Assembly (NCBI GenBank): GCA_031370005.1
Contig: JANMPT010000024.1
Span: 160,234 to 224,233, forward strand
From: Bdellovibrionales bacterium
GTDB taxonomy: Bacteria; Bdellovibrionota; Bdellovibrionia; Bdellovibrionales; Bdellovibrionaceae
Direction: 5' to 3'
DNA: 64,000 nt
Shown here: piece by piece, positions 38,263-48,012 of the stretch
Numbering within the stretch: position 1 is the first letter of the stretch
Layout: each line of letters starts with the position of its first letter
Program-made: the position numbers and the translations under genes
The notes under the pieces: model-generated
What the model was told of the DNA's origin: nothing
Databases searched by the model: none
Seen by the model: the letters and a program-made list of their open reading frames with translations, nothing else

Positions 38263-39006
38263 TTGAAAAAAATCGTTCTAAAATTATTTATAGCATTTGT
38301 GTTCCTCCCGTCTGCGGTGGCGGGCTCAATGTATTGGCTGAACGAAAAGGGCTTTTTCAATATTAACCGTGTTGAAATTGTTTTAGAGGACTCGCAATCA
38401 CAAGTTAAATTCTATTCCCCGATGGTTGAAAAGCTAGAAAAGCAAATGCTGACGTTTAAGGGGCAGTCTTTGTGGTCTTTAAATCTTTCCCAGGTTGTTA
38501 CGATTTTAAATGCGCAAAATTGGATTAATAGTCACAGTATTAATCGCAGTTGGCCCAACGTTTTGCGAGTGAAAATCATGCCTCATGATATTAAGTTGGT
38601 CTATTTAGGGAAGAGCGGGAAATACATACCGATTATAGCAGATGGAAGTTTTTTGGATAGTGTTGATTCCAGACAAGCGCCAGATGTAACTTTGCTTGAG
38701 GGTACCGTTTTTGCTCAGAAAAAAGATCTTCGTCAAAAGGCGGTGAAGGTTTTAATGGAAATTCCTGCTGAGGGCTCTTTCAGTAAAAAAACAATTTCTG
38801 AAATGCGATATGATACTAAAGATGGTTTTTCAATGACGCTAATGAAGACCGGCATTCAGGTAAAAATTGGCGAAGATCTAGTGGCACTAAAAAGCGCGCG
38901 AGTTTCCCAGGTCATCGATTATCTGCAAACTCGACAGTTTGACGCTCGCGTCATAGACGCAAATCTGTCAAAGAAAGTCCTTGTCAGGTTGCGCAACGAT
39001 CCCTAA
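38263..39006 (+). CDS. ftsQ: Cell division protein FtsQ/DivIB
   Basis: TM then POTRA-like region (WI...INRSWPN.LRV), C-terminal ID motif; precedes ftsA. Confidence 0.85.
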   Translation: MKKIVLKLFIAFVFLPSAVAGSMYWLNEKGFFNINRVEIVLEDSQSQVKFYSPMVEKLEKQMLTFKGQSLWSLNLSQVVTILNAQNWINSHSINRSWPNVLRVKIMPHDIKLVYLGKSGKYIPIIADGSFLDSVDSRQAPDVTLLEGTVFAQKKDLRQKAVKVLMEIPAEGSFSKKTISEMRYDTKDGFSMTLMKTGIQVKIGEDLVALKSARVSQVIDYLQTRQFDARVIDANLSKKVLVRLRNDP

Positions 39007-39051
39007 GCTAAAGTCAAGGCGCACTGAAGTCTAGTGATATCAGTGTTTGTC

Positions 39052-39077
39052 TTTATCCCTGAAGAATTAGGGATAAA
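39052..39077. other. Intergenic hairpin before ftsA
   Basis: TTTATCCCT-N8-AGGGATAAA. Confidence 0.45.
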
Positions 39078-39116
39078 TAAGGCTGTTTGGTCGGACTTTA
39101 TTGTTAGGACTTAAGG

Positions 39117-40379
39117 ATGAGCAACATTAAACCGAAAGCGCCGGTGCTGGCGGGCCTAGATATAGGGTCTACGAAAGTTTGTTTTGTCATTGGCACGGTG
39201 AATCCCGAAGGTAAGATTGATGTCGTAGGAGTTGGAAAAGCTCCAAACACGGGCATTCGTCAAGGCGTCGTCGTTAATATTGAGGCGACCACTGAATCCA
39301 TTAAAAAAGCGAAAGAAGAAGCAGAGCTAATGAGTGGCTATGCTGTTACTGATGTATGGGTTGGAGTTTCCGGAACTCACATCACGTCTTTTGATTCAAA
39401 AGGCATGGTTGCCATTAAAAATAAAGAAGTTACAAGCCAAGACATAGAACGGGTAACTGAGGCTGCAAAAGCAGTGGCAGTTCCTGCGGATCGCAATGTG
39501 TTGCATGTGCTTCCTCGTGAATACAAAGTCGATGGGCAAGATGGAATTACCGATCCAATTGGTATGTCTGGCGTTCGACTTGAGGCCTCTGTGCATATCG
39601 TAACTGGCGGTCACACCGCCCTTCAGAACTCTATTAAATGCGTAGAAAAAGCTGGCCTTCGTGTGAGCGGTCTTGTTCTTAATCAGTTGGCAGCGTCAGC
39701 AGCAGTGTTGAGCGAAGATGAAAAAAACCTCGGCGTCTGTGTGGTCGATATGGGCGGCGGGACTTGCGATGCTGTTTATTTCGTGAATGGCAGTGTGGCT
39801 CATACCTCGACAATTCCTTTGGGTGGCCATCACTTTACTCATGATGTGGCAGTGGGTTTGAGGACTCCGCAAGTTTCTGCGGAAGGCCTAAAGAAAAAAT
39901 ACGGTTGTGCAATGGCTTCGATGGTAAACGAAAATGAGACCATCGAGGTGGAAGGCGTTGGCGGGCGTAAATCCCGTTTGATTCCTCGTAAAGATTTGGC
40001 AGATGTTCTGGAAGCACGTGCTGAAGAGAACTTAAATCTGATTGTTAATGACATGCGCATGAGTGGCTTATTGCCAATGATGGGCTCGGGTTTGGTGTTG
40101 ACGGGCGGAGCCAGCCAGTTAGATGGCCTGGTGGAAATGGGTGAATTTATTTTTGATATTCCAGTTCGCTGTGGTGGCCCAAGTAAAGTGGGTGGGCTTA
40201 TTGACGTGGTGAAATCTGGGGAGCACTCATCCGCGGTGGGTTTGTTGCTGTATGGTTTGAGCCAGCGTAAGGATTTAATTATGCAAAGTCAGCAAAACCA
40301 GACTGAAATGATTAATCTGAGTGAATCTTTCGACGGTGTTGCTCAAAAGGTAAAAGATTTTTTTGGACAGATTTTTTAA
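39117..40379 (+). CDS. ftsA: Cell division protein FtsA
   Basis: LDIGSTK, GMSGVRLEA, DMGGGT and LTGGAS motifs; C-terminal amphipathic helix. Confidence 0.97.
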   Translation: MSNIKPKAPVLAGLDIGSTKVCFVIGTVNPEGKIDVVGVGKAPNTGIRQGVVVNIEATTESIKKAKEEAELMSGYAVTDVWVGVSGTHITSFDSKGMVAIKNKEVTSQDIERVTEAAKAVAVPADRNVLHVLPREYKVDGQDGITDPIGMSGVRLEASVHIVTGGHTALQNSIKCVEKAGLRVSGLVLNQLAASAAVLSEDEKNLGVCVVDMGGGTCDAVYFVNGSVAHTSTIPLGGHHFTHDVAVGLRTPQVSAEGLKKKYGCAMASMVNENETIEVEGVGGRKSRLIPRKDLADVLEARAEENLNLIVNDMRMSGLLPMMGSGLVLTGGASQLDGLVEMGEFIFDIPVRCGGPSKVGGLIDVVKSGEHSSAVGLLLYGLSQRKDLIMQSQQNQTEMINLSESFDGVAQKVKDFFGQIF

Positions 40380-40409
40380 TTTTATTTCTCATGGGGTTTT
40401 ATAGTTACC

Positions 40410-40425
40410 TGCGCAGGGATGCGCA
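40410..40425 (+). promoter_or_regulatory. GGA-loop hairpin in the ftsZ leader
   Basis: TGCGCA-GGGA-TGCGCA, containing CAGGGATG, just upstream of the AGGAGG RBS. Confidence 0.35.
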
Positions 40426-40447
40426 CAAAAAGTTTTAGGAGGAGCGA

Positions 40448-41881
40448 ATGTTTGAGTTAGAAGAGAACATCAGTATTGGTGCAAATATCAAGGTGGTCGG
40501 TGTTGGCGGCGGCGGAAGCAATGCGGTCTCGACAATGATTGAGTCGCAAATGAATGGCGTGGAGTTCATCGTTGCAAATACGGATATTCAAGCATTGAAT
40601 GCGAACAAAGCGTCTTCTAAAATTCAACTGGGCCTTGATTTAACTAAAGGTCTTGGCGCTGGAGCAAACCCCGATATTGGTCGTCGCGCGGCGATTGAAT
40701 CATATAATGAAATTGTCGAGAAGCTTGAAGGCGCAGACATGGTTTTTGTTACTGCTGGTATGGGCGGCGGTACTGGTACCGGAGGAGCTCCAATCGTTGC
40801 AAAAATCGCACGAGAGCTAGGTGCGCTCACAATCGGTGTTGTAACTAAACCATTTTTCTTCGAAGGCAAAAAACGTTCTAAACACGCTGATAACGGTTTG
40901 GCCGAACTCAAAGAAAACGTTGATACTTTGATTGTAATTCCGAATCAAAAATTACTGTCTATTGCGACAGAAAGAACCCCACTTTTAGAAACTTTTAAAA
41001 AAGCTGATGAAGTGCTTTTGCAAGCGGTTAAGGGGATCTCTGACTTGATCAACATTCGTGGTTTGATCAACTTGGATTTTGCTGATATCCGTACTGTTAT
41101 GGCCTCGAAGGGTATTGCGATCATGGGTACTGGAGCAGCCAAGGGGCCAAACCGTGCCGTGGAGGCCGCAACTGCTGCGATTTCTTCTCCACTTCTTGAA
41201 AACATTCGTATTGATGGTGCAACGGGCATCATTATCAACGTAACAGGCGGATCCGATTTGAGTCTTCTTGAAGTGAATGAAGCCTCTATGCTAATCACCG
41301 AAGCAGCTCATGAGGATGCGGAGATTATCTTCGGTGCTGTTATTGATGACAGTTTAGGTGAAGAGGTTCGAGTGACGGTGATTGCAACTGGCTTCGCGCA
41401 AGAAGATCGGCAAGTGGCAGGCGAGACAATCAATCAAATGCAGCAATTCTTAACTGGTACTGGCATTCAATTTCCAGGTATGAACGCCGGAATGAGTATG
41501 CTTCCACCAATTCAAGCAGTACAAAATACAGTGATGAATTACACTCAACAAGCCCCGGTTCATGAACAGGAGGCGGCACCAATTATGCCGATACCTGCTC
41601 AGGTTCAAACTATGCCTCAAGCTCCAAACCTTACGGAAGCTTCGGCTTCACCTCGTGATATGCTGTTGGCGAAGGCTCGCGCTTTTAAAGAAAGCCAAGA
41701 TTTAAAATCTCGACACCTTCAACCAGAGCAGCTGTCAATGAATGTTGATCAAGAGCAACAGTCTTTGGAAGAGGCGCGAAAAATGGCAAGAGAGGTTTTG
41801 AGCTCTCCATTTTCTGGCCAAAATCTAGAAGTTCCTGCTTTTATCCGCAAGAAACAAGGTTTTGATCTAAACAAAGAATAA
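40448..41881 (+). CDS. ftsZ: Cell division protein FtsZ
   Basis: [15 protein letters not shown] and NLDFAD motifs; long Q/P-rich linker; LEVPAFIRK tail. Confidence 0.99.
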   Translation: MFELEENISIGANIKVVGVGGGGSNAVSTMIESQMNGVEFIVANTDIQALNANKASSKIQLGLDLTKGLGAGANPDIGRRAAIESYNEIVEKLEGADMVFVTAGMGGGTGTGGAPIVAKIARELGALTIGVVTKPFFFEGKKRSKHADNGLAELKENVDTLIVIPNQKLLSIATERTPLLETFKKADEVLLQAVKGISDLINIRGLINLDFADIRTVMASKGIAIMGTGAAKGPNRAVEAATAAISSPLLENIRIDGATGIIINVTGGSDLSLLEVNEASMLITEAAHEDAEIIFGAVIDDSLGEEVRVTVIATGFAQEDRQVAGETINQMQQFLTGTGIQFPGMNAGMSMLPPIQAVQNTVMNYTQQAPVHEQEAAPIMPIPAQVQTMPQAPNLTEASASPRDMLLAKARAFKESQDLKSRHLQPEQLSMNVDQEQQSLEEARKMAREVLSSPFSGQNLEVPAFIRKKQGFDLNKE

Positions 41882-41884
41882 AAA

Positions 41885-42631
41885 TTGGAAGCCTGGTTCT
41901 TATCTGACCTTCATTTAAAAACAATGAAAGAGCGCAACAGTGAAATACTGCTGCGCTTTTTAACTAGTTTACTTCATAGTAACCCTCAAAAAATTCATCT
42001 GTTTCTGCTTGGTGATATCTTCGATCTTTGGGTCGGTGGCCACTCGGTTTTCGTAAAAAAGTTTCAAGCCCTTGTAGACGCGATTCGCGATCTAAAGGAG
42101 GCGGGTGCTTCGATTACATATATTGAGGGCAATCATGATGTTCACATAGACTCTTTTTGGAGAAGCAAGTTAGGCATTGAGGTTTTCGTGGAGGCTCAGT
42201 TCTATGAGATCAATGGGTTAGTTGTCCGGGTGGAGCATGGGGATCTGATCAATCTTGAGGACAGCGTCTATCTTCGCTACCGCGCGATAATTCGTCATCC
42301 TTTGATACAACCCCTCGGGAATATCATTCCTGGAAGAATCTGGGATGAAGTCGGTAACTACGCTGCTCGTAAAAGCCGAGCTCGCAGTCAAGGTTACCGA
42401 GTTTCTAACGAGGAAAAATTAATACAGATGATTCGTGGCCATGCTCATCGAGTCTATGCTGAGAGGCCTTATGATCTGATTGTTTCGGGACATATGCACG
42501 TCCATGATGACTACAAATTCCAGATGGGTACTCATCCTGTTCATTCAATCAATCTTGGCAGTTGGTATGGGCCTGAGGTGAAGGTTTTAAAACTCACAGG
42601 TATCAAAACGGAGTGGGTTGAAATCAAATAG
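41885..42631 (+). CDS. lpxH: UDP-2,3-diacylglucosamine hydrolase-like metallophosphoesterase
   Basis: SDLHL, GDIFD, GNHD, HGD, GHMH and NLGSW motifs. Confidence 0.75.
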   Translation: MEAWFLSDLHLKTMKERNSEILLRFLTSLLHSNPQKIHLFLLGDIFDLWVGGHSVFVKKFQALVDAIRDLKEAGASITYIEGNHDVHIDSFWRSKLGIEVFVEAQFYEINGLVVRVEHGDLINLEDSVYLRYRAIIRHPLIQPLGNIIPGRIWDEVGNYAARKSRARSQGYRVSNEEKLIQMIRGHAHRVYAERPYDLIVSGHMHVHDDYKFQMGTHPVHSINLGSWYGPEVKVLKLTGIKTEWVEIK

Positions 42632-42713
42632 TCATGTCCTGCTGTTCGTCTAGGTTTTTCGAATAAATATATAAAGGGATTCAGTGGCGCAGAACTCTGT
42701 GCTGATATTAAGC

Positions 42714-43097
42714 ATGGACCTAAAACTCGATGATTGGGATAGCTTTTTATATGAATCAAGACCCTATGCCTATGTGGCTTTGGGAATTTATGTCTTGTTG
42801 GTGGATAAACCGAATATTTTATTGGTAGGTTTTTCGGCCATTCTTATTTTTTGCGGAGTTCTAGTTCTTCGAGCGCGTTTCACCCATCGTAAGGTTAAGA
42901 GCCTTGAGTCACTTTTTTACGAGAGCTTGCCATTTTTGTATTTAGGTTTGGGAGTTTACGCCTTAGTTTTTTTAAATGCCTCAAAACTTGGGGTGGGCAG
43001 CGGAATGCTCTTGCTTTTTTGTGCTACGAAAGTCTTTCAATGGCGTATTCGAAGCCGTCGCGCCATGACTTCTTATAACCCAATCGAAAAGCAATAA
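42714..43097 (+). CDS. Small 4-TM protein with internal duplication
   Basis: FLYESRPYAYVALGIYVL / LFYESLPFLYLGLGVYAL repeats. Confidence 0.7.
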   Translation: MDLKLDDWDSFLYESRPYAYVALGIYVLLVDKPNILLVGFSAILIFCGVLVLRARFTHRKVKSLESLFYESLPFLYLGLGVYALVFLNASKLGVGSGMLLLFCATKVFQWRIRSRRAMTSYNPIEKQ

Positions 43098-43139
43098 AGT
43101 AATTCTTTACTTAGTTTTTAGACGATTCTAGACAAATTT

Positions 43140-43862
43140 TTAGAAGTTCAATGTATAAGCGACACTACCTTGAATTCCAGACATTGTTGTTTTCATATCG
43201 TTGCCACCAATTTCAACTTCCTGACCATTTCCTGATTGAGTAAGGCCGGCAACTCCGCCAGTTCCAGAGCTTGCCACATTTCTTTCAATAGGAAGATAGC
43301 GAAGATTTCCCTCTACGCTAAGACAATGAGCAGGCGTAAAGCAGAAGTCAACGCCAAGGCCTCCCACTGCCCCGAAGGCGCTGCCGCTAAAACCCACAGA
43401 AGTGGCGCCCTGGGTAATTTCGCCACTTAAGTGGCCATAGCCTAGACCGGTTTGTATGTAGAACTTAATGAAGCTGTTTTCCAGGGGATAGAGTCTGAAC
43501 ATGGGGAATAAGGTGAATCCTGTCAGTTTATAATCATAAGACCCATCCGTGCCCGATCCAGTGGAGCTTTGCGTGATATAAGAAGGGCGGAAGGCAATTG
43601 AGAACATTGTGCCGCTAAAGCGATATTGATATTGGGCAAAAAGTTCGTAGGCAGAGCCCATGTCACTGGTGTTTGCCGCTGTTGCTGAAGAACGTGCTGT
43701 TTTGATTAAAGTATTCATATCATCTTGGCCAGCAGTTAAAAGCCCTAAACCGAACTCCATTGAATGACCGCCACCCATTGCTGCATTTGCATTTTGCGCT
43801 AGGAAAGCCATAACTAAGAGGCCAATCACAGCAGAAAGCATAGATTTTTTTAACAAAGACAT
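43140..43862 (-). CDS. Outer-membrane beta-barrel protein
   Basis: Signal peptide, Gly/aromatic-rich strands, terminal YTLNF; GGAGG RBS. Confidence 0.75.
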   Translation of the reverse strand: MSLLKKSMLSAVIGLLVMAFLAQNANAAMGGGHSMEFGLGLLTAGQDDMNTLIKTARSSATAANTSDMGSAYELFAQYQYRFSGTMFSIAFRPSYITQSSTGSGTDGSYDYKLTGFTLFPMFRLYPLENSFIKFYIQTGLGYGHLSGEITQGATSVGFSGSAFGAVGGLGVDFCFTPAHCLSVEGNLRYLPIERNVASSGTGGVAGLTQSGNGQEVEIGGNDMKTTMSGIQGSVAYTLNF

Positions 43863-43958
43863 TTCTTATCCTCCCGGAGACATTTTACAACTATGATAGA
43901 ATCCAAGAGGAGACAAAAACAGACAAGTCCTTGTCACTCTTTTGGACAAAGGGCCAGA

Positions 43959-44531
43959 ATGAAAAAAAATGAAACGAAAAAATTAATAGAAAAGAAATTA
44001 AAATCAGAGCTTGTGTATGATGGATCTTTTCTTAAAGTTTTAAAAGATGAAGTCGAGCTTCCCAACGGAAAAAAAGGCAGTCGAGAGTATATTCCCCATC
44101 CGGGAGCTTCAATGATTATTCCTATTACCGACCAAGGTAAATTGGTGATGTTACATCAGTTTCGCTATGCTGTACGGCGCATATTTATTGAATTCCCAGC
44201 AGGGAAAATTGATGCGGGGGAAAGCGCCTTGCAGGCCGCAAGAAGAGAACTTGAAGAGGAAACCGGCTTGGTGGCAAAAGAACTCAAGCACCTCACGACC
44301 ATTCATCCTGTGATTGGCTATTCAGATGAAAAAATTGAGATTTATCTAGCCACCCATCTGACAGAGTCGCAGCAACATCTTGAGGAGGAAGAGTTTCTCG
44401 ATGTTTTTGAGATTTCTTTTGATGAGGCTATGGATAAAATGAAACAAGGTGAAATCACGGATGTGAAAACCATGATCGGACTTTTTTGGTATAACCAGGT
44501 TTTAAACTTCGCTTGGCAGATTAAGGTTTAA
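43959..44531 (+). CDS. NUDIX hydrolase (ADP-ribose pyrophosphatase-like)
   Basis: QFRY, EFPAGKIDAGE..AARRELEEETG Nudix box, GEITD.KT; probable ATG 43959. Confidence 0.9.
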   Translation: MKKNETKKLIEKKLKSELVYDGSFLKVLKDEVELPNGKKGSREYIPHPGASMIIPITDQGKLVMLHQFRYAVRRIFIEFPAGKIDAGESALQAARRELEEETGLVAKELKHLTTIHPVIGYSDEKIEIYLATHLTESQQHLEEEEFLDVFEISFDEAMDKMKQGEITDVKTMIGLFWYNQVLNFAWQIKV

Positions 44532-45505
44532 GGATTTAAAACTGCAGCGGCTTCTTTGGCGAAATAAGTCAAAATGATATCTGCACCAGCTCGTCGAATA
44601 GCTATGAGTGTTTCCATCATGGCTTTTTCACCATCGAGCCAGCCATTTTGTGCCGCCGCTTTTATCATCGAATATTCACCACTGACATTGTAAGCAGCAA
44701 CTGGTGTTGTGCAGTTTTGTTTTAAAAGCTGAATGATATCCAGGTAGGCCAATGCCGGTTTGACCATAATCATGTCAGCGCCCTCTTGGATGTCGAGATC
44801 GGCCTCAAGTAAGGCCTCACGGGAATTACGCGGATCCATTTGATAAGTTTTTTTATCGCCAAATTTCGGACTTGAATCCAGCGCCTCTCGGAACGAGCCA
44901 TAGAAGCTTGAGGCATATTTTGCGGAGTAAGCAAGGATTCCTGTTTGGGTGAAGCCTTCGCCATCCAAGGCTTTGCGAATTTCACCCACGCGCCCGTCCA
45001 TCATATCTGAAGGTGCGACCATATCGGCTCCGGCCCCGGCTTGAACGACGGCCATTTTCACTAAAATTTCGATAGTCTCATCGTTGAGAATCTGACCATC
45101 TTTGACGATGCCGTCATGACCATCACTCGAGTAAGGATCTAAAGCTACGTCAGTGATAATACAAGAGTCAGGGAACTTGTCTTTTATTTTTTTAATTGTC
45201 GTTGGCAAAAGACCTGCGGGGTTAAAGGATTCATCTCCCCTAGGGTTTTTTAATGAGTCGTTGATAGCAGGGAACAAAGCAAAGGAGTGCAGGCCTAAGG
45301 CTTGGCAAGCAGCTATTTCTTTAAGCAAATTATCCGAACTTAAGCGAAACTGGCCAGGCATTGATTTGATAGCGATCTTTTGATCCTGACCCTCGCATAA
45401 AAAAAGCGGATAAACTAGCTGACTGGTATGTAAAGAGGTCTCAGCAATTAGGTTTCGAAGAGTAGGGGTTCGGCGATTTCGGCGTGGGCGATGTAGAATG
45501 TCCAT
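44528..45505 (-). CDS. hemB: Porphobilinogen synthase (Asp-rich, Zn-independent type)
   Basis: RPRRNR, DVALDPYSSDGHDG, SDMMDGR, MVKP and YNVSGEY motifs; start 45505 or 45565. Confidence 0.96.
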   Translation of the reverse strand: MDILHRPRRNRRTPTLRNLIAETSLHTSQLVYPLFLCEGQDQKIAIKSMPGQFRLSSDNLLKEIAACQALGLHSFALFPAINDSLKNPRGDESFNPAGLLPTTIKKIKDKFPDSCIITDVALDPYSSDGHDGIVKDGQILNDETIEILVKMAVVQAGAGADMVAPSDMMDGRVGEIRKALDGEGFTQTGILAYSAKYASSFYGSFREALDSSPKFGDKKTYQMDPRNSREALLEADLDIQEGADMIMVKPALAYLDIIQLLKQNCTTPVAAYNVSGEYSMIKAAAQNGWLDGEKAMMETLIAIRRAGADIILTYFAKEAAAVLNP

Positions 45506-45643
45506 GAACTCGTTTTCGCAGATCCCAGCCAGAAGTAAAGTTTTCTCCGATAGACTGTTTCGCATTGAGCCATTGTTTTTTAAAATACGGGCAAGATGAC
45601 AATTAAATGACAATTAATTTCCGAAAATACAGTACAAAAAACA

Positions 45644-46525
45644 ATGGAACAGATTATACTTCTTCACCGATGCAGCCATAAGGATTTCAAAGTGACTGTC
45701 GATCAAACACTGGTGTGGAAGACTTGCTTGCGTCAAATTGCTTTTGTATCAGAAGAATTTGTATCACAAGAATTAGAGGCGACTCTTGAAGAGGGTGATG
45801 AGCTTTACTCAGGCAGTGAGGCCTTTGCTTTCTTACTCGAGATTATTTGTGGTTTAAGGTCGCCAATCGTGGGAGAAACCGAAATCTTTGGCCAGTTCAA
45901 AAACTTCTCATGCCAGGTTCTTGAATCGCAAAATGCAATGACTTTGCAATTGCGCGGATTTTTTCATGCACTGATTCAAACGGCGAAGAGTCTTCGAGCA
46001 GAACACTTGGTAGGCTTGGGCTCACAAGGATATGGGAGTCTCGTACGTAGACTTAGTAAAAATGAGCCTGCGGTGACCTTGATGGGGGCCGGTCAGTTAG
46101 TTGAAGAAGTGCTACCTTGGCTTGTAAAACAAAAAGACGTACAAGTGATTTGCCGTGACCCTAAAAAGGCTCAGCGCTTTGTTGAAAAATTCCCGACTTT
46201 AAAAACTGCGTCACTTACAGAAGTAGGCGAAGTGCACTCTTGCCTTGTTGTGGCAGCATCCCTTACTGATGAGGAGCTGCTTCAATGGTTAAAATCGCAC
46301 AAGATTCGAAAGATTTTTGATCTTCGCGGCGAGCTACAGCGGCCAGAGCTTTTCGTCGACTATCAGTTCATTGGTCTTAGAGACGTTTTTAGAAATATCG
46401 AAGAAAATAAAAAAGATCTCAGTCAGAGGGTTTTGGCTCTCAAGGATTTGGTGCAAAGGCGGGCTCAAGAATACTTTGAGCGCAGTCTTGATCGTCCCTA
46501 TGGCTGGGAGGATCTGTGCATCTAA
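45644..46525 (+). CDS. hemA: Truncated glutamyl-tRNA reductase-like protein
   Basis: TCLR (compare TCNR), GL.SPIVGETEIFGQ and GAG motifs; first gene of the hem operon; only 293 aa. Confidence 0.8.
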   Translation: MEQIILLHRCSHKDFKVTVDQTLVWKTCLRQIAFVSEEFVSQELEATLEEGDELYSGSEAFAFLLEIICGLRSPIVGETEIFGQFKNFSCQVLESQNAMTLQLRGFFHALIQTAKSLRAEHLVGLGSQGYGSLVRRLSKNEPAVTLMGAGQLVEEVLPWLVKQKDVQVICRDPKKAQRFVEKFPTLKTASLTEVGEVHSCLVVAASLTDEELLQWLKSHKIRKIFDLRGELQRPELFVDYQFIGLRDVFRNIEENKKDLSQRVLALKDLVQRRAQEYFERSLDRPYGWEDLCI

Positions 46526-48012
46526 GGATCTCAGCACGAAAAAGTGACTTGGCACGCTTGCAAGCCTATCAAGTGGGCGAGGCTCTTCAAAAGAAAATTC
46601 CAGGAACCGTGATTCAATATTACTTTCGTGAGTCTCTTGGTGATAAAAATCTAACAGACCCTTTATGGAAAATGCCCGAGAAAGGTGTTTTCACTGAGGA
46701 CTTTCTTCAGGATCTTCTCGAGGAAAAAACTGACATGATTGTGCATTCCTGGAAGGACTTGCCAACATTACCTCATATACAAACCCAGGTTGTCGCCACC
46801 TTACCTAGAGCTGACCAACGGGACATGCTCTTATTTAAAAAAAGTAGCGTGGAGCGGGTTCAGTCAAGCGCAGTGCTTCATGTTTTTAGCTCTTCCCCCC
46901 GGCGCGCTTACAACTTAGAAAATTTTCTCAAAGAGCATCTTCCATATGGATTAAAGGATGTTCAGTTTCATAGCGTTCGGGGCAATATCCAAACTCGGGT
47001 TAAAAAAATGCTCGAAGACCCTGCCGTAGATGGCCTAATAGTTGCTAAGGCGGCGATTGATCGCCTGCTGATGGCAAAGGCTTTGGAGTTTCAAGAAACT
47101 CGCAACTTTTTACGCGAGACCCTGCAAAGACTTAACTGGGTAGTTTTACCATTATCGGTAAATCCAAATGCAGCTGCACAAGGTGCCCTTGCAATAGAAA
47201 TTAAAAAAGGTCGTAGGGATCTAGAAAAAATACTTCAGCAAATTAATTGCAGCGAGACTTTTGAATGTGCGCAAAAGGAACGAGATATCCTTGCGAGTTT
47301 TGGCGGCGGCTGTCACCAAAAAATTGGTGTGGCTGTCTTGAGGCGTACATACGGAGATGTGTTTTTTTTGAAGGGTCTTACGGATCAAGGAAAAACCCTT
47401 GATGAAAAATCGCTTTTTCGTGAATCTAAAGCGGTGAAGGTTGAAACAGCTAAGCTCGCAAGTTCAAAAGAGCTAAAGGTGGAGCGTATCCATTATCTTG
47501 ATGTAAATATACCGAGCGGGATTCAAGGCCTGTGGATCGCGAAAGCGGAGGCCTTTCCTGAGCCCCTGTCGCGCTCATTCGATGGCCTTATTTGGACAGC
47601 AGGTTTGCAAACGTGGAAGAAATTAGCACTACAAGGGGTTTGGGTCCATGGCTCGAGTGAAGGATTAGGCGAAGACGAAAACCCACAAATTGAGAACTTG
47701 TTTGGTTCTGTTATAAGTTGGGCTAAACTGACACACAAAGAGGCGCCACGGGATCCTCCTAAAGAAGTTATTTTCACTTACGAGTTAACTATTTCGGCGG
47801 AGGACTGGAAGATGGGAGCTCGGGAGGTCTTTTTTTGGAACAGTGGTTCACGGTTTTTAGCGGCTCTAAAAAAAGAGCCGGATTTGATTCATAAAAGACA
47901 TGCTTGCGGCCCCGGAAACACGTATAAAGTACTACGTGACAAATTGGGCCCACAGGCTGCAATTGAAATTTATTTAGATGAAGAGAATTGGAGAGCCTCA
48001 TGCTGTCTTTAG
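46516..48012 (+). CDS. hemC: Hydroxymethylbilane synthase with C-terminal degenerate HemD-like domain
   Basis: R.S.LA..Q, KGVFT, VHSWKDLP, SSPRR, RGNIQTR and GGCH motifs; ~190 extra aa ending with a CGPGNT motif region. Confidence 0.88.
   Translation: MHLRISARKSDLARLQAYQVGEALQKKIPGTVIQYYFRESLGDKNLTDPLWKMPEKGVFTEDFLQDLLEEKTDMIVHSWKDLPTLPHIQTQVVATLPRADQRDMLLFKKSSVERVQSSAVLHVFSSSPRRAYNLENFLKEHLPYGLKDVQFHSVRGNIQTRVKKMLEDPAVDGLIVAKAAIDRLLMAKALEFQETRNFLRETLQRLNWVVLPLSVNPNAAAQGALAIEIKKGRRDLEKILQQINCSETFECAQKERDILASFGGGCHQKIGVAVLRRTYGDVFFLKGLTDQGKTLDEKSLFRESKAVKVETAKLASSKELKVERIHYLDVNIPSGIQGLWIAKAEAFPEPLSRSFDGLIWTAGLQTWKKLALQGVWVHGSSEGLGEDENPQIENLFGSVISWAKLTHKEAPRDPPKEVIFTYELTISAEDWKMGAREVFFWNSGSRFLAALKKEPDLIHKRHACGPGNTYKVLRDKLGPQAAIEIYLDEENWRASCCL

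Noticed and set aside
43959..43985. A8 tract at the NUDIX start as a phase-variation site
   Set aside because: Frame is intact and A7-A8 runs are common throughout this sequence
45536..45553. sigma28-like promoter before hemA (TAAA...TCCGATAG)
   Set aside because: Spacing is only 6 nt, incompatible with the 15-16 nt seen at the other sites
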